DNA of 64,000 nt from Alphaproteobacteria bacterium (GTDB lineage Bacteria > Pseudomonadota > Alphaproteobacteria > UBA828). A model generated the notes under the pieces. It was not told the origin of the DNA. It saw only the letters and a program-made list of their open reading frames with translations, and searched no databases. The stretch is from the NCBI GenBank assembly GCA_965214705.1, contig OZ243972.1:1504001-1568000 (forward strand), written 5' to 3'. The position numbers and the translations under genes were made by a program. Shown here piece by piece: positions 43,625 through 53,045 of the stretch; the first letter of the stretch is position 1; each line of letters begins with the position of its first letter.

Positions 43625-43798
43625 GGTATGAGCGGTGGCGTCGAGGGCTCGCGGTCGGCGCGCCGGACGGGTACCGTAAGTCGTGCGACGGTCCCGGCCG
43701 TCGTCCAAGACCCTCGGCGTCACTGCTCGTCTCTATTTATAGATCGATTCGAGGGTCGCGGTTACCTTCGGATATAAACCCCATTTATCCTCTCTGTA

Positions 43799-43853
43799 TC
43801 GACATGTTGGAATGAGGTGTCGATGAGATCGACATGTTCGGAACACGTGTCGA
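43799..43853. promoter_or_regulatory. two tandem palindromic operators TCGACA-N13-TGTCGA upstream of fic
   Basis: 43799-43823 and 43829-43853 (30-bp period); extra half-site at 43869-43874. Confidence 0.7.
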
Positions 43854-43873
43854 GAAAAGTAGGATACATCGAC

Positions 43874-44959
43874 ATGGTGTTCGATCCCAATCGCCCCTTC
43901 AATGACCTTCCGAACCTGCCGCCGGCTTCGGAAACCGAGACGAAGGCCATTCTTCGCAGCTGCATTGCCGCGCGAACGGCGCTGGCGGAGCTCCGCGTCT
44001 CCGGGAATCTCATCCCGAACCAGGCGATGCTGATCAACTCGATCCCCCTGCTCGAAGCGCAGGCGAGTTCCGAGATCGAGAACATCGTCACGACGGCCGA
44101 CCGGCTGTTCCGCTATGCCAGCGACGCGACGGGTCGAGCCGACCCTGCCACCAAAGAGGCTCTGCGCTACCGCACCGCATTGCACCGCGGATTCGAGATA
44201 CTGAACCGACGGCCGGTTTCGACCTCCGTCGCGGTCGAGGTCTGTCGAACGATCAAGGGAGTGGAGCTGGACGTTCGCAACACGCCGGGAACGGCGCTGG
44301 TGAACGACGCAACCGACGAGGTCATCTACACGCCGCCGGAGGGAGAGGACGTTCTCCGGAGCAAGCTTGCCAACTGGGAGCGCTACATTCACGAGGCCGA
44401 GGAGATCGACCCGCTGATCCGGCTTGCGGTCATGCATTATCAGTTCGAGGCGATCCACCCGTTCGTCGACGGAAACGGCCGGACCGGACGCGTGCTGAAC
44501 CTGCTCTATCTCGTCGACAAGGGTTTGCTCGATATTCCCGTCCTTTATCTCAGCCGGCACATCATCCGGAACAAGGCGCTGTACTACCGGTATCTGCTGG
44601 AGGTGACGACCCGACAGGACTGGGAAGCATGGATACTCTTCATTCTTGAAGCCGTCAGAACGACGGCGGAATGGACGACGGCGAAGATCCGTGCGATCCG
44701 AGAGCTTCTCGACGAGACGGGCACTGCCATTCGGCAGAGGATGCCGAAGATCTACTCCCGGGAGTTGGCGGAACTGATCTTCGTGCATCCCTACTGCCGG
44801 ATCGGCGATGTGGTCAAAGCGGATATCGCCAAGCGCCAGACGGCCGCCGTCTATCTGAAAGCGCTCGCAGCCGAAGGCCTCCTGGAGGAGATCAAGGCGG
44901 GGCGCGAGAACCTCTACATCAACCCGCCGCTCCTGGCGCTTCTGGCCGAGCGCGCATGA
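43874..44959 (+). CDS. fic: Fic-family adenylyltransferase (class II, C-terminal HTH)
   Basis: HPFVDGNGRTGR active site; SSEIEN inhibitory motif. Confidence 0.95.
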   Translation: MVFDPNRPFNDLPNLPPASETETKAILRSCIAARTALAELRVSGNLIPNQAMLINSIPLLEAQASSEIENIVTTADRLFRYASDATGRADPATKEALRYRTALHRGFEILNRRPVSTSVAVEVCRTIKGVELDVRNTPGTALVNDATDEVIYTPPEGEDVLRSKLANWERYIHEAEEIDPLIRLAVMHYQFEAIHPFVDGNGRTGRVLNLLYLVDKGLLDIPVLYLSRHIIRNKALYYRYLLEVTTRQDWEAWILFILEAVRTTAEWTTAKIRAIRELLDETGTAIRQRMPKIYSRELAELIFVHPYCRIGDVVKADIAKRQTAAVYLKALAAEGLLEEIKAGRENLYINPPLLALLAERA

Positions 44960-45041
44960 CGAGAAGGGAAAGGATGCGTACCGGCTACTCAACGATTTGC
45001 GTTTTCGATGATCGGTCCAAGATGGACCGAGTAAAGCCCTG

Positions 45042-45824
45042 ATGATTGACATGACACGCGCGAATCAAAAGCTCGATGAGAGACGCTTCGCCGAGGAGAC
45101 AGCGCGTCTCCTGGGCACGGAGTGGAATCTGGTGACTCGCGAAGACGAATCGGACGGTGGCCCGGACTTCATCGTCTATGATGGAACAAAGAAGTTTGGA
45201 CTCGAAGTCCTGGAACTCTTCAAGGGTAAGGTCAATGGTGCAGATGGTGCAACGCTCAAGAGCGAACAGTCGCTGACACAGCAAGTCATTGATCGCATAC
45301 GTCAGCGGTATGAAGAACTCGAACGAAATGTACCTTTGTACGTGAAATTCCTGGGTGACGTCAGGGAAGAACATTCCAACTCTATAATCCAGACGCTCAT
45401 TGATATGGGATTACGAGAAAAGGAATTTCCATATCACGAAGATCATGTGTTGCGACAAGACTCTGACTCGTTAAAGATTTTTGTCTCTCGATTGCCGGCC
45501 GGCTGGCCCGCCGATCGGCTATTGCGTCCAGATTGGTTCAGCATTTCAGACTCGGGTGGCTGGGTGGATACGAGTGCGCACATGATTCCGCTGGCGGTCA
45601 AGGTCAAGTCCAAGAAGATCGACAAGTACAGACAAAATGTCGCGAAGGAAATGGGTTTTCACCGTCTCGACGATGCAGATGTACGGCTTCTGCTGGTTGC
45701 GGATCGCATGTGGAAGTATGGTCAGATTTCGCCGGATCGCGAGACGATACAAGATTTGCACGGCTTCACCGCAGTGTATTTCCTCTCTTTCCCCGAGAAA
45801 GCGGCCATTCTTCAGGTCGAGTGA
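45042..45824 (+). CDS. hypothetical protein, PD-(D/E)xK-like
   Basis: Lower-GC ORF; PDFIV..FGLEV motif. Confidence 0.65.
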   Translation: MIDMTRANQKLDERRFAEETARLLGTEWNLVTREDESDGGPDFIVYDGTKKFGLEVLELFKGKVNGADGATLKSEQSLTQQVIDRIRQRYEELERNVPLYVKFLGDVREEHSNSIIQTLIDMGLREKEFPYHEDHVLRQDSDSLKIFVSRLPAGWPADRLLRPDWFSISDSGGWVDTSAHMIPLAVKVKSKKIDKYRQNVAKEMGFHRLDDADVRLLLVADRMWKYGQISPDRETIQDLHGFTAVYFLSFPEKAAILQVE

Positions 45825-46011
45825 CCGCTGCATCCATGTAAGCTTCGGCCTGGATTATGGTGCGTCGTCAAAGAGCGGAAGAGATCTTTGCCGTTCAGGA
45901 TAGGATGTTGTCCTATAACCGTAGCTCCCCAAAAGTAACTGCCCAGGTCTGATTTCGCCGAGCATTGGGACGTGAGGGATTGTGGCGATCCGGCTTGGCG
46001 CCTGCGGATTT

Positions 46012-47567
46012 TCAGGTGCGCAGTTGCGGGACCAGTTGCATCGGGTCGGGATGGGCCAGGGTTTCGAGGACGTTCCAGCCTTGCTTTCGAGCGGTGGCTA
46101 TGACGGCACGCAGGATGGCGAAGTCGTAGGCGCCCTGCAGGGTTCGGAAGCAGCCTGATATTTTCTGTCGCAGCTTGGCCATTCGGAGATCTCGCTCGGC
46201 CTCGTTGTTTGTGAACGGGGTGCGCGGGTCCGTGAGGAAGCGCAGGCACCCCTCCTTGTTCTTCTGGAGCCGGCGCGCGAGATTGTGACCGGTTCGGCGC
46301 TTTTTCGCCCGCGCTTCTTGGTCTGGAGCGGCGGCTGCGCTTCGTGGAAGGCGATGGCGCGGTTGAGGGTTCGATCCCAGGCCCGGGAGATTTGGGCGAC
46401 CAGGGAGGCGGGCACGTCGCGGTCATTCTCACGGGCGAAGTGGGCGACCCTGCGGGCGCGCAAGAGGAGGCGGTGCATACTCGTTGCCCATTCCTCCTTC
46501 TCGATGTCGATCAGGGCCTGGAGTTCGCGCAGGTGATGTGCGTTGCAGGCACCGTGGCGGACGCCCTTGATGGTGAAGTAGGGGGCGAAGTCGTCGTGGA
46601 CGAGGATGCCTTGGAGGTTCTTTTCGACATCGCCGCGTCCCTCGCCGATGCGCAGGACGGTGAGCAACGGGGTGCACAGCACGTGGAGCCATCGGGTACG
46701 GGCGGCGATACGCAGGCCGGTCTCGTCGAGGTGCTTGACCGGCGCCTGCGTGCGGATCGGATCGGCGACGTGGTCGAGGAAGCCCTCGAAGCGTTGCGCT
46801 GTGCGCCGGCCCATGGCGGCGATCGTGGCAGTGGAGATGGATACCGCGAAGATGTCGCTCATGAGTTCGGCCAGACGCTTCTCTGGCACGAACTGGGCGT
46901 AGAGCAGGTAGCTCACCCAAGCGGTGATGCGAGGGCCGTACTGGACCGGGGCGGTGACGCCCGGCGGGAAGGCGGCTCGTGTCAGCGTGGCGCATGCGCC
47001 GCAGAGGCAGCGATGGGCGCGGTGTTCGGTGACCTCGAGAGGCTGCGGCTCGGGTACATCGAAGACCTGCCGACAGGCGGGCGCGCCCTGCCGGTCGGCG
47101 TCCGAGAGCTCAGCGCCACAGCCGGATACCCGGAACAAGTCCGGGCAGGCGGGAGGGTGGTGATCGACGACACGGTCCGGGCTGTCGCTCTGGGCAAGTG
47201 TGGTTCCTTTGTGGCCGGGCTGGCCGCCGCTGGGCCTGCCGGACTTTCCGCGCTGGCTTTGGGTGCGCCTCTGGGCACCGTTTTTCTTCTTGAGCCCGTC
47301 GCTGGCGGGGGGCTTGCTGCTTGTGGTGCTGTCGAGGGCCGCGCTGCGCTCGAGTTCGGCGATGCGCTCGCGCAGGGCCGCGTTCTCCCGCTCGAGTGCG
47401 GCATTTTCCCGGACCAGCGCGGCGGCCAATCGCAGCAGCCCCTGGCCCCATTCCCGAACGGCAACGGTGACAGTGGTTGCGAGGGATGATGGCTCGAGAA
47501 GCTCTTTCAGGCAGGAGAAGGCCTCGTCACGGGCGGCGAGGTCCTCGTGCCAGTGCGACACCGTCAC
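46012..47567 (-). CDS. IS66-family transposase, frameshift near 46300-46305
   Basis: SSKPPASD, GGQPGHKG, HLDETG, HDD, CNAHHLREL; TNNEAERDLR in the -1 frame. Confidence 0.85.
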
Positions 47568-48229
47568 GTGTTTTCGGCCTCGACGGCCATCATGGCGGCG
47601 AGCACGGCGAGGCGTTCGCCCGGCGGCAAGGCCCGGTGGCGTCGGCCCCAGTTGGCTGCCTTGCGCTTGATGCGCTGGCGGTCGGTGAAGTTCCGGCCTG
47701 CGTGGCTGGCCCAATGCACCCGGTCGGGGGCGAAGTTGAACCAGACGACCTCGGTCCGCACCAGACCCTGGGTCGTGACCTGCAGCGCCAGCCGGCGCCA
47801 TCCCGCCAGCACCTCGTCATAGAGCGCCGACGGATGGCCCGAGATCATGACCTGGCAGGGCAGAGCCTTGAGCAGTTTGAGAAGCGCGACGTGGTCGGCC
47901 TCCTCGTACTCGAAGCGGTAGCGCTGCGAGGAGCGGCGGGTCGCGTGCAGATAGGGTGGATCGCTGTAAACCAGCTCCGGGCCCAGGAACGGGAACGAGG
48001 CCAGGAACTCATGGGCACAGCCGTGCACCAGATCGACCGGGTAATCGCAGACGAAGGCCTCAAGCGCCTGCGCATCGCGGTCGATGCCGATCGAGCGCAC
48101 GGCCGCCGGCTTGCGCCTCATCAGCGCCCCGCCCCCAAGGTGGCTTTCGATGTAGACGGAGTGCGGCGGCATCAGCGCAATCAGCGCCTGGCACAGACCA
48201 GCCGTCGCCTTCGAACCGAAATACCCCAT
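47564..48229 (-). CDS. Dam-like (D12 class) N6-adenine DNA methyltransferase
   Basis: YFGSK, YIESHLGGG, VYSDPPY. Confidence 0.88.
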   Translation of the reverse strand: MGYFGSKATAGLCQALIALMPPHSVYIESHLGGGALMRRKPAAVRSIGIDRDAQALEAFVCDYPVDLVHGCAHEFLASFPFLGPELVYSDPPYLHATRRSSQRYRFEYEEADHVALLKLLKALPCQVMISGHPSALYDEVLAGWRRLALQVTTQGLVRTEVVWFNFAPDRVHWASHAGRNFTDRQRIKRKAANWGRRHRALPPGERLAVLAAMMAVEAENT

Positions 48230-48316
48230 CGACTCCCCCGTCACGCGAGAGGCAGTCCATAGTCCCGCAACTCTATAAGGTCAAGAGCCAATCACGGTGC
48301 CAGAACCAGACCCCCG

Positions 48317-48478
48317 CAGGGCTGATTTATTCATTCGAGAAATCTTCATAAAATCAACCGATTACCGTGAACGGCATCTTCTCTTCAAGAACCGACGCGC
48401 TCGTCCGAAAGCTGCTGTTGGATCAATGCAGTACCTGGATGGGGCTTCGATCTCAGCACCGAGAACGAATTTGCCGTG
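48317..48478. mobile_element. 162-bp ISAs1-type MITE
   Basis: Absent from copy B; 10-bp duplication CAGACCCCCG; ends CAGGGCTGATTTATTC / GAACGAATTTGCCGTG. Confidence 0.8.
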
Positions 48479-48589
48479 CAGACCCCCGCCACCGCTATAA
48501 TCACCGGCGGCAACTCAGGATCGGGGTACCTGGGTAGTTACCCCCAAAAAAGGTTGTGGTGTATTCCACCGTCTGACGGAGGAATGCAG

Positions 48590-48637
48590 ATGAGCGGCAA
48601 GCGACGCAGGTTTTCGGGGGAGCTGAAGGCGAAGTGA
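48590..48637 (+). pseudogene. IS3-family orfA stub (left end near 45906, split by copy A)
   Basis: GGAGG then MSGKRRRFSGELKAK*. Confidence 0.55.
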
Positions 48638-48739
48638 GGCCACCTCACCTGACCAGGATCGGTCTTGTTCCCGTCGGCGCTATCGCGGGCCGCGCTTCTT
48701 CGAGGCCACGCGTCACGCCGGGTGCCAGGCCTGGGGCAT

Positions 48740-48900
48740 CTGCAACCACATGTACTTGTCGAACTGCCACGACGCTTCCCGGGAGGAGTACCGCGCTCTC
48801 AACGGGGACGTGATGCTGTGGTGCCTGAGCTTCGAGCGCATCGTCGAGATCACCGGGCCGGACGCATCGGACTTCACCAACCGGCTGCCCCCGCGACCTT
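48740..48900 (+). pseudogene. GcvT/DmdA aminomethyltransferase fragment
   Basis: EEYRALNGDVMLW..ERIVEITGPDASDFTNRL. Confidence 0.65.
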
Positions 48901-49211
48901 ACCAAGTGCGCCCTCGGGCAAAGCAAGTACGTGCCGATCGCTTTCGCCTTTCTTGTCGGCGAATTGGAAGATGATCGACCGGGCGATGTCTGGCTCTCCT
49001 ATTACAAGGATCTGCGGCCCGAAGGCGGGCGCCTGAAACCGGGCTATGGCCCAGGCGGTCCGCCGGTGCTCAACGGAGCGAGTGTTGTGGAGCTTGTCGC
49101 ACATATGCTCGAGCACCACTGCATCGATCCCGGCATCGTCAAGGCTAGACTGACTGTTCGGCTCGACTGATCGGGCCAAATCCGCTCATCTCTGCTGCAT
49201 ATAGCCGGGTG

Positions 49212-49712
49212 CTACGAGTTCTCTTCTTCATCGAGTGCATCGAAAGAGAAATAGGCGTCAGCGTAGCGCAACGCATTCCAGGCGCTTTCGGCGCGCTCGG
49301 TTAACCCCTTCAACTCCGTGACGGGCATGAGAAATGCCTTTCGGTCCGTCAAAATCTCGTAGCTACCCTCAAATGGATTCTGGTGGAAGTGCCCGTGCGC
49401 CAAATCGTTTCGGCGGCCAGCGAGGTGACGGAGTTCCCCAATCACGACTTCCCGCAACGCTCGCGGATGCGCCAGGGAAATCAGTTCCAGAGTGATTAGC
49501 TTCCTTTGGAACGAATCGCCCCGTACACGCTTCAGGAGGTCCTTCCTTTCTGCTCTCTCCAAAGCCAGAAAGATTATGTCGCTCACGATGTTCTCGACTT
49601 GAGTAAAGGCCACGAGAAACGCGCCGAGCGCGGCCTCGTAGTCTTTCTGAATCTGGGGATCGGCGGCGGGAATGTCGTCCCAGCCGGGAGGCATGTGGCT
49701 CTTTTGGTCCAT
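49212..49712 (-). CDS. putative HEPN-domain protein
   Basis: LGAFLVAFTQVE N-terminal helix and RNDLAH (R-x4-H) motif. Confidence 0.65.
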   Translation of the reverse strand: MDQKSHMPPGWDDIPAADPQIQKDYEAALGAFLVAFTQVENIVSDIIFLALERAERKDLLKRVRGDSFQRKLITLELISLAHPRALREVVIGELRHLAGRRNDLAHGHFHQNPFEGSYEILTDRKAFLMPVTELKGLTERAESAWNALRYADAYFSFDALDEEENS

Positions 49713-50044
49713 GGCGTCGTTTCCCTGGGAGACTTTGTGCAGCAATCCTCACGAAGTCGGCGACCAGGCAGTGTCAAGAGTTAAGAAGCACCCTCACTTC
49801 GGAAATCCGCGGGAGCAACATGATCGATATCCATCCCAGCACTGCCACACTCGGTAAAGCACCCTGGGCCAGCCGGTGGTGCTCGGTCGTTCAGCTGCCC
49901 AAGTGTAACTACCCAGGTACCCCGATCCTGAGTTGCCGCCGGTGATTATAGCGGTGGCGGGGGTCTGGTTCTGGCACCGTGATTGGCTCTTGACCTTATA
50001 GAGTTGCGGGACTATGGACTGCCTCTCGCGTGACGGGGGAGTCG

Positions 50045-50710
50045 ATGGGGTATTTCGGTTCGAAGGCGACGGCTGGTCTGTGCCAGGCGCTGATTGCGCT
50101 GATGCCGCCGCACTCCGTCTACATCGAAAGCCACCTTGGGGGCGGGGCGCTGATGAGGCGCAAGCCGGCGGCCGTGCGCTCGATCGGCATCGACCGCGAT
50201 GCGCAGGCGCTTGAGGCCTTCGTCTGCGATTACCCGGTCGATCTGGTGCACGGCTGTGCCCATGAGTTCCTGGCCTCGTTCCCGTTCCTGGGCCCGGAGC
50301 TGGTTTACAGCGATCCACCCTATCTGCACGCGACCCGCCGCTCCTCGCAGCGCTACCGCTTCGAGTACGAGGAGGCCGACCACGTCGCGCTTCTCAAACT
50401 GCTCAAGGCTCTGCCCTGCCAGGTCATGATCTCGGGCCATCCGTCGGCGCTCTATGACGAGGTGCTGGCGGGATGGCGCCGGCTGGCGCTGCAGGTCACG
50501 ACCCAGGGTCTGGTGCGGACCGAGGTCGTCTGGTTCAACTTCGCCCCCGACCGGGTGCATTGGGCCAGCCACGCAGGCCGGAACTTCACCGACCGCCAGC
50601 GCATCAAGCGCAAGGCAGCCAACTGGGGCCGACGCCACCGGGCCTTGCCGCCGGGCGAACGCCTCGCCGTGCTCGCCGCCATGATGGCCGTCGAGGCCGA
50701 AAACACGTGA
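50045..50710 (+). CDS. Dam-like N6-adenine DNA methyltransferase
   Basis: Identical translation to copy A. Confidence 0.88.
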   Translation: MGYFGSKATAGLCQALIALMPPHSVYIESHLGGGALMRRKPAAVRSIGIDRDAQALEAFVCDYPVDLVHGCAHEFLASFPFLGPELVYSDPPYLHATRRSSQRYRFEYEEADHVALLKLLKALPCQVMISGHPSALYDEVLAGWRRLALQVTTQGLVRTEVVWFNFAPDRVHWASHAGRNFTDRQRIKRKAANWGRRHRALPPGERLAVLAAMMAVEAENT

Positions 50711-52262
50711 CGGTGTCGCACTGGCACGAGGACCTCGCCGCCCGTGACGAGGCCTTCTCCTGCCTGAAAGAGCTTCTCGAGCCATCATCCCTCGCAACCA
50801 CTGTCACCGTTGCCGTTCGGGAATGGGGCCAGGGGCTGCTGCGATTGGCCGCCGCGCTGGTCCGGGAAAATGCCGCACTCGAGCGGGAGAACGCGGCCCT
50901 GCGCGAGCGCATCGCCGAACTCGAGCGCAGCGCGGCCCTCGACAGCACCACAAGCAGCAAGCCCCCCGCCAGCGACGGGCTCAAGAAGAAAAACGGTGCC
51001 CAGAGGCGCACCCAAAGCCAGCGCGGAAAGTCCGGCAGGCCCAGCGGCGGCCAGCCCGGCCACAAAGGAACCACACTTGCCCAGAGCGACAGCCCGGACC
51101 GTGTCGTCGATCACCACCCTCCCGCCTGCCCGGACTTGTTCCGGGTATCCGGCTGTGGCGCTGAGCTCTCGGACGCCGACCGGCAGGGCGCGCCCGCCTG
51201 TCGGCAGGTCTTCGATGTACCCGAGCCGCAGCCTCTCGAGGTCACCGAACACCGCGCCCATCGCTGCCTCTGCGGCGCATGCGCCACGCTGACACGAGCC
51301 GCCTTCCCGCCGGGCGTCACCGCCCCGGTCCAGTACGGCCCTCGCATCACCGCTTGGGTGAGCTACCTGCTCTACGCCCAGTTCGTGCCAGAGAAGCGTC
51401 TGGCCGAACTCATGAGCGACATCTTCGCGGTATCCATCTCCACTGCCACGATCGCCGCCATGGGCCGGCGCACAGCGCAACGCTTCGAGGGCTTCCTCGA
51501 CCACGTCGCCGATCCGATCCGCACGCAGGCGCCGGTCAAGCACCTCGACGAGACCGGCCTGCGTATCGCCGCCCGTACCCGATGGCTCCACGTGCTGTGC
51601 ACCCCGTTGCTCACCGTCCTGCGCATCGGCGAGGGACGCGGCGATGTCGAAAAGAACCTCCAAGGCATCCTCGTCCACGACGACTTCGCCCCCTACTTCA
51701 CCATCAAGGGCGTCCGCCACGGTGCCTGCAACGCACATCACCTGCGCGAACTCCAGGCCCTGATCGACATCGAGAAGGAGGAATGGGCAACGAGTATGCA
51801 CCGCCTCCTCTTGCGCGCCCGCAGGGTCGCCCACTTCGCCCGTGAGAATGACCGCGACGTGCCCGCCTCCCTGGTCGCCCAAATCTCCCGGGCCTGGGAT
51901 CGAACCCTCAACCGCGCCATCGCCTTCCACGAAGCGCAGCCGCCGCTCCAGACCAAGAAGCGCGGGCGAAAAAGCGCCGAACCGGTCACAATCTCGCGCG
52001 CCGGCTCCAGAAGAACAAGGAGGGGTGCCTGCGCTTCCTCACGGACCCGCGCACCCCGTTCACAAACAACGAGGCCGAGCGAGATCTCCGAATGGCCAAG
52101 CTGCGACAGAAAATATCAGGCTGCTTCCGAACCCTGCAGGGCGCCTACGACTTCGCCATCCTGCGTGCCGTCATAGCCACCGCTCGAAAGCAAGGCTGGA
52201 ACGTCCTCGAAACCCTGGCCCATCCCGACCCGATGCAACTGGTCCCGCAACTGCGCACCTGA
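50707..52262 (+). CDS. IS66-family transposase, frameshift at 51969-51974
   Basis: GTGA overlap with the MTase; same translation as copy A. Confidence 0.85.
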
Positions 52263-52464
52263 AAATCCGCAGGCGCCAAGCCGGATCGCCACAATCCCTC
52301 ACGTCCCAATGCTCGGCGAAATCAGACCTGGGCAGTTACGCCCAAGTATCGAATCCGGTAGATTCTCCAGCCCATTTGCAGTGGGACCATGTCACTTGTC
52401 CGCCAGCCTCGATATAGTTTCAACTCGCGTCGCCGAAGCTAGTCGTCGTCCGGCTCCCTCACCA

Positions 52465-52923
52465 CTATCTTGGCTCCTCCGTCACTTCCTCCTCGTCAAC
52501 GAAGGCGACGCGCATCCCGAACCCGGAGAAGACCCGGAGCATCGGGCCGAATGCGGCCATGTCCAGCTCCATGTCGTCGATCTGAATGATCGTGCCCTCC
52601 TCCACGTCTCCCTCGATATGGCACCGCAGCACTTGGCCGCGCGCCACCCACTGGTCGCTCCGTTCGCTTTACTCGATCTGCGGAAGACCCGGCGGAATCT
52701 CGGTCCACGTCGGGTCTACGCCCGCCGCGATCTCGGACTGCGCTTCGAGCATGTCGTTGAACAGTACCAGCACGTCCGCGTCGCTCATCTCCGCAAGCGA
52801 TGGACCCACCTGCAGGTTCACGACCCGAACGGACGGGTCGGCGTATTCGATGACGGCGATTTCGCCCTCGCGGGTAATCCGTACCTGATCGGGCGAGGCC
52901 GGCCGCGGTCTCGTCAGTCTCAT
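52465..52923 (-). pseudogene. conserved-looking hypothetical protein with in-frame TAA (52669-52671)
   Basis: Two in-frame ORFs join as PQIE*SERSDQWVARGQVLRC; GGAGGAAGG RBS. Confidence 0.6.
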
Positions 52924-53045
52924 CCTTCCTCCGCCACAACTCGCCAGTTACCGCGACCGGCGCTAGGCTCCTACACCACGAGGCGGGACTCGATCCGGGC
53001 GGAACCCAATTGTCCCACGACTTCCCGGCGCAACCCGTTGCAGCA

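Larger units (their letters stand above)
40633..43782. mobile_element. IS1595-family element with passenger genes
   Basis: Perfect 30-bp IR GGGGTTTATATCCGAAGGTAACCGCGACCC (40633-40662, 43753-43782); flanks not duplicated. Confidence 0.92.
45935..48541 (-). mobile_element. IS66-like element with DNA methyltransferase, copy A
   Basis: Ends GTAACTGCCCAG / CTGGGTAGTTAC; 8-bp duplication CCCCAAAA. Confidence 0.93.
49905..52339 (+). mobile_element. IS66-like element with DNA methyltransferase, copy B
   Basis: Ends GTAACTACCCAG / CTGGGCAGTTAC; 8-bp duplication GCCCAAGT. Confidence 0.93.

Noticed and set aside
45935-52339. Composite transposon formed by the inverted IS66 copies
   Set aside because: Each copy has its own different 8-bp duplication, indicating independent insertions
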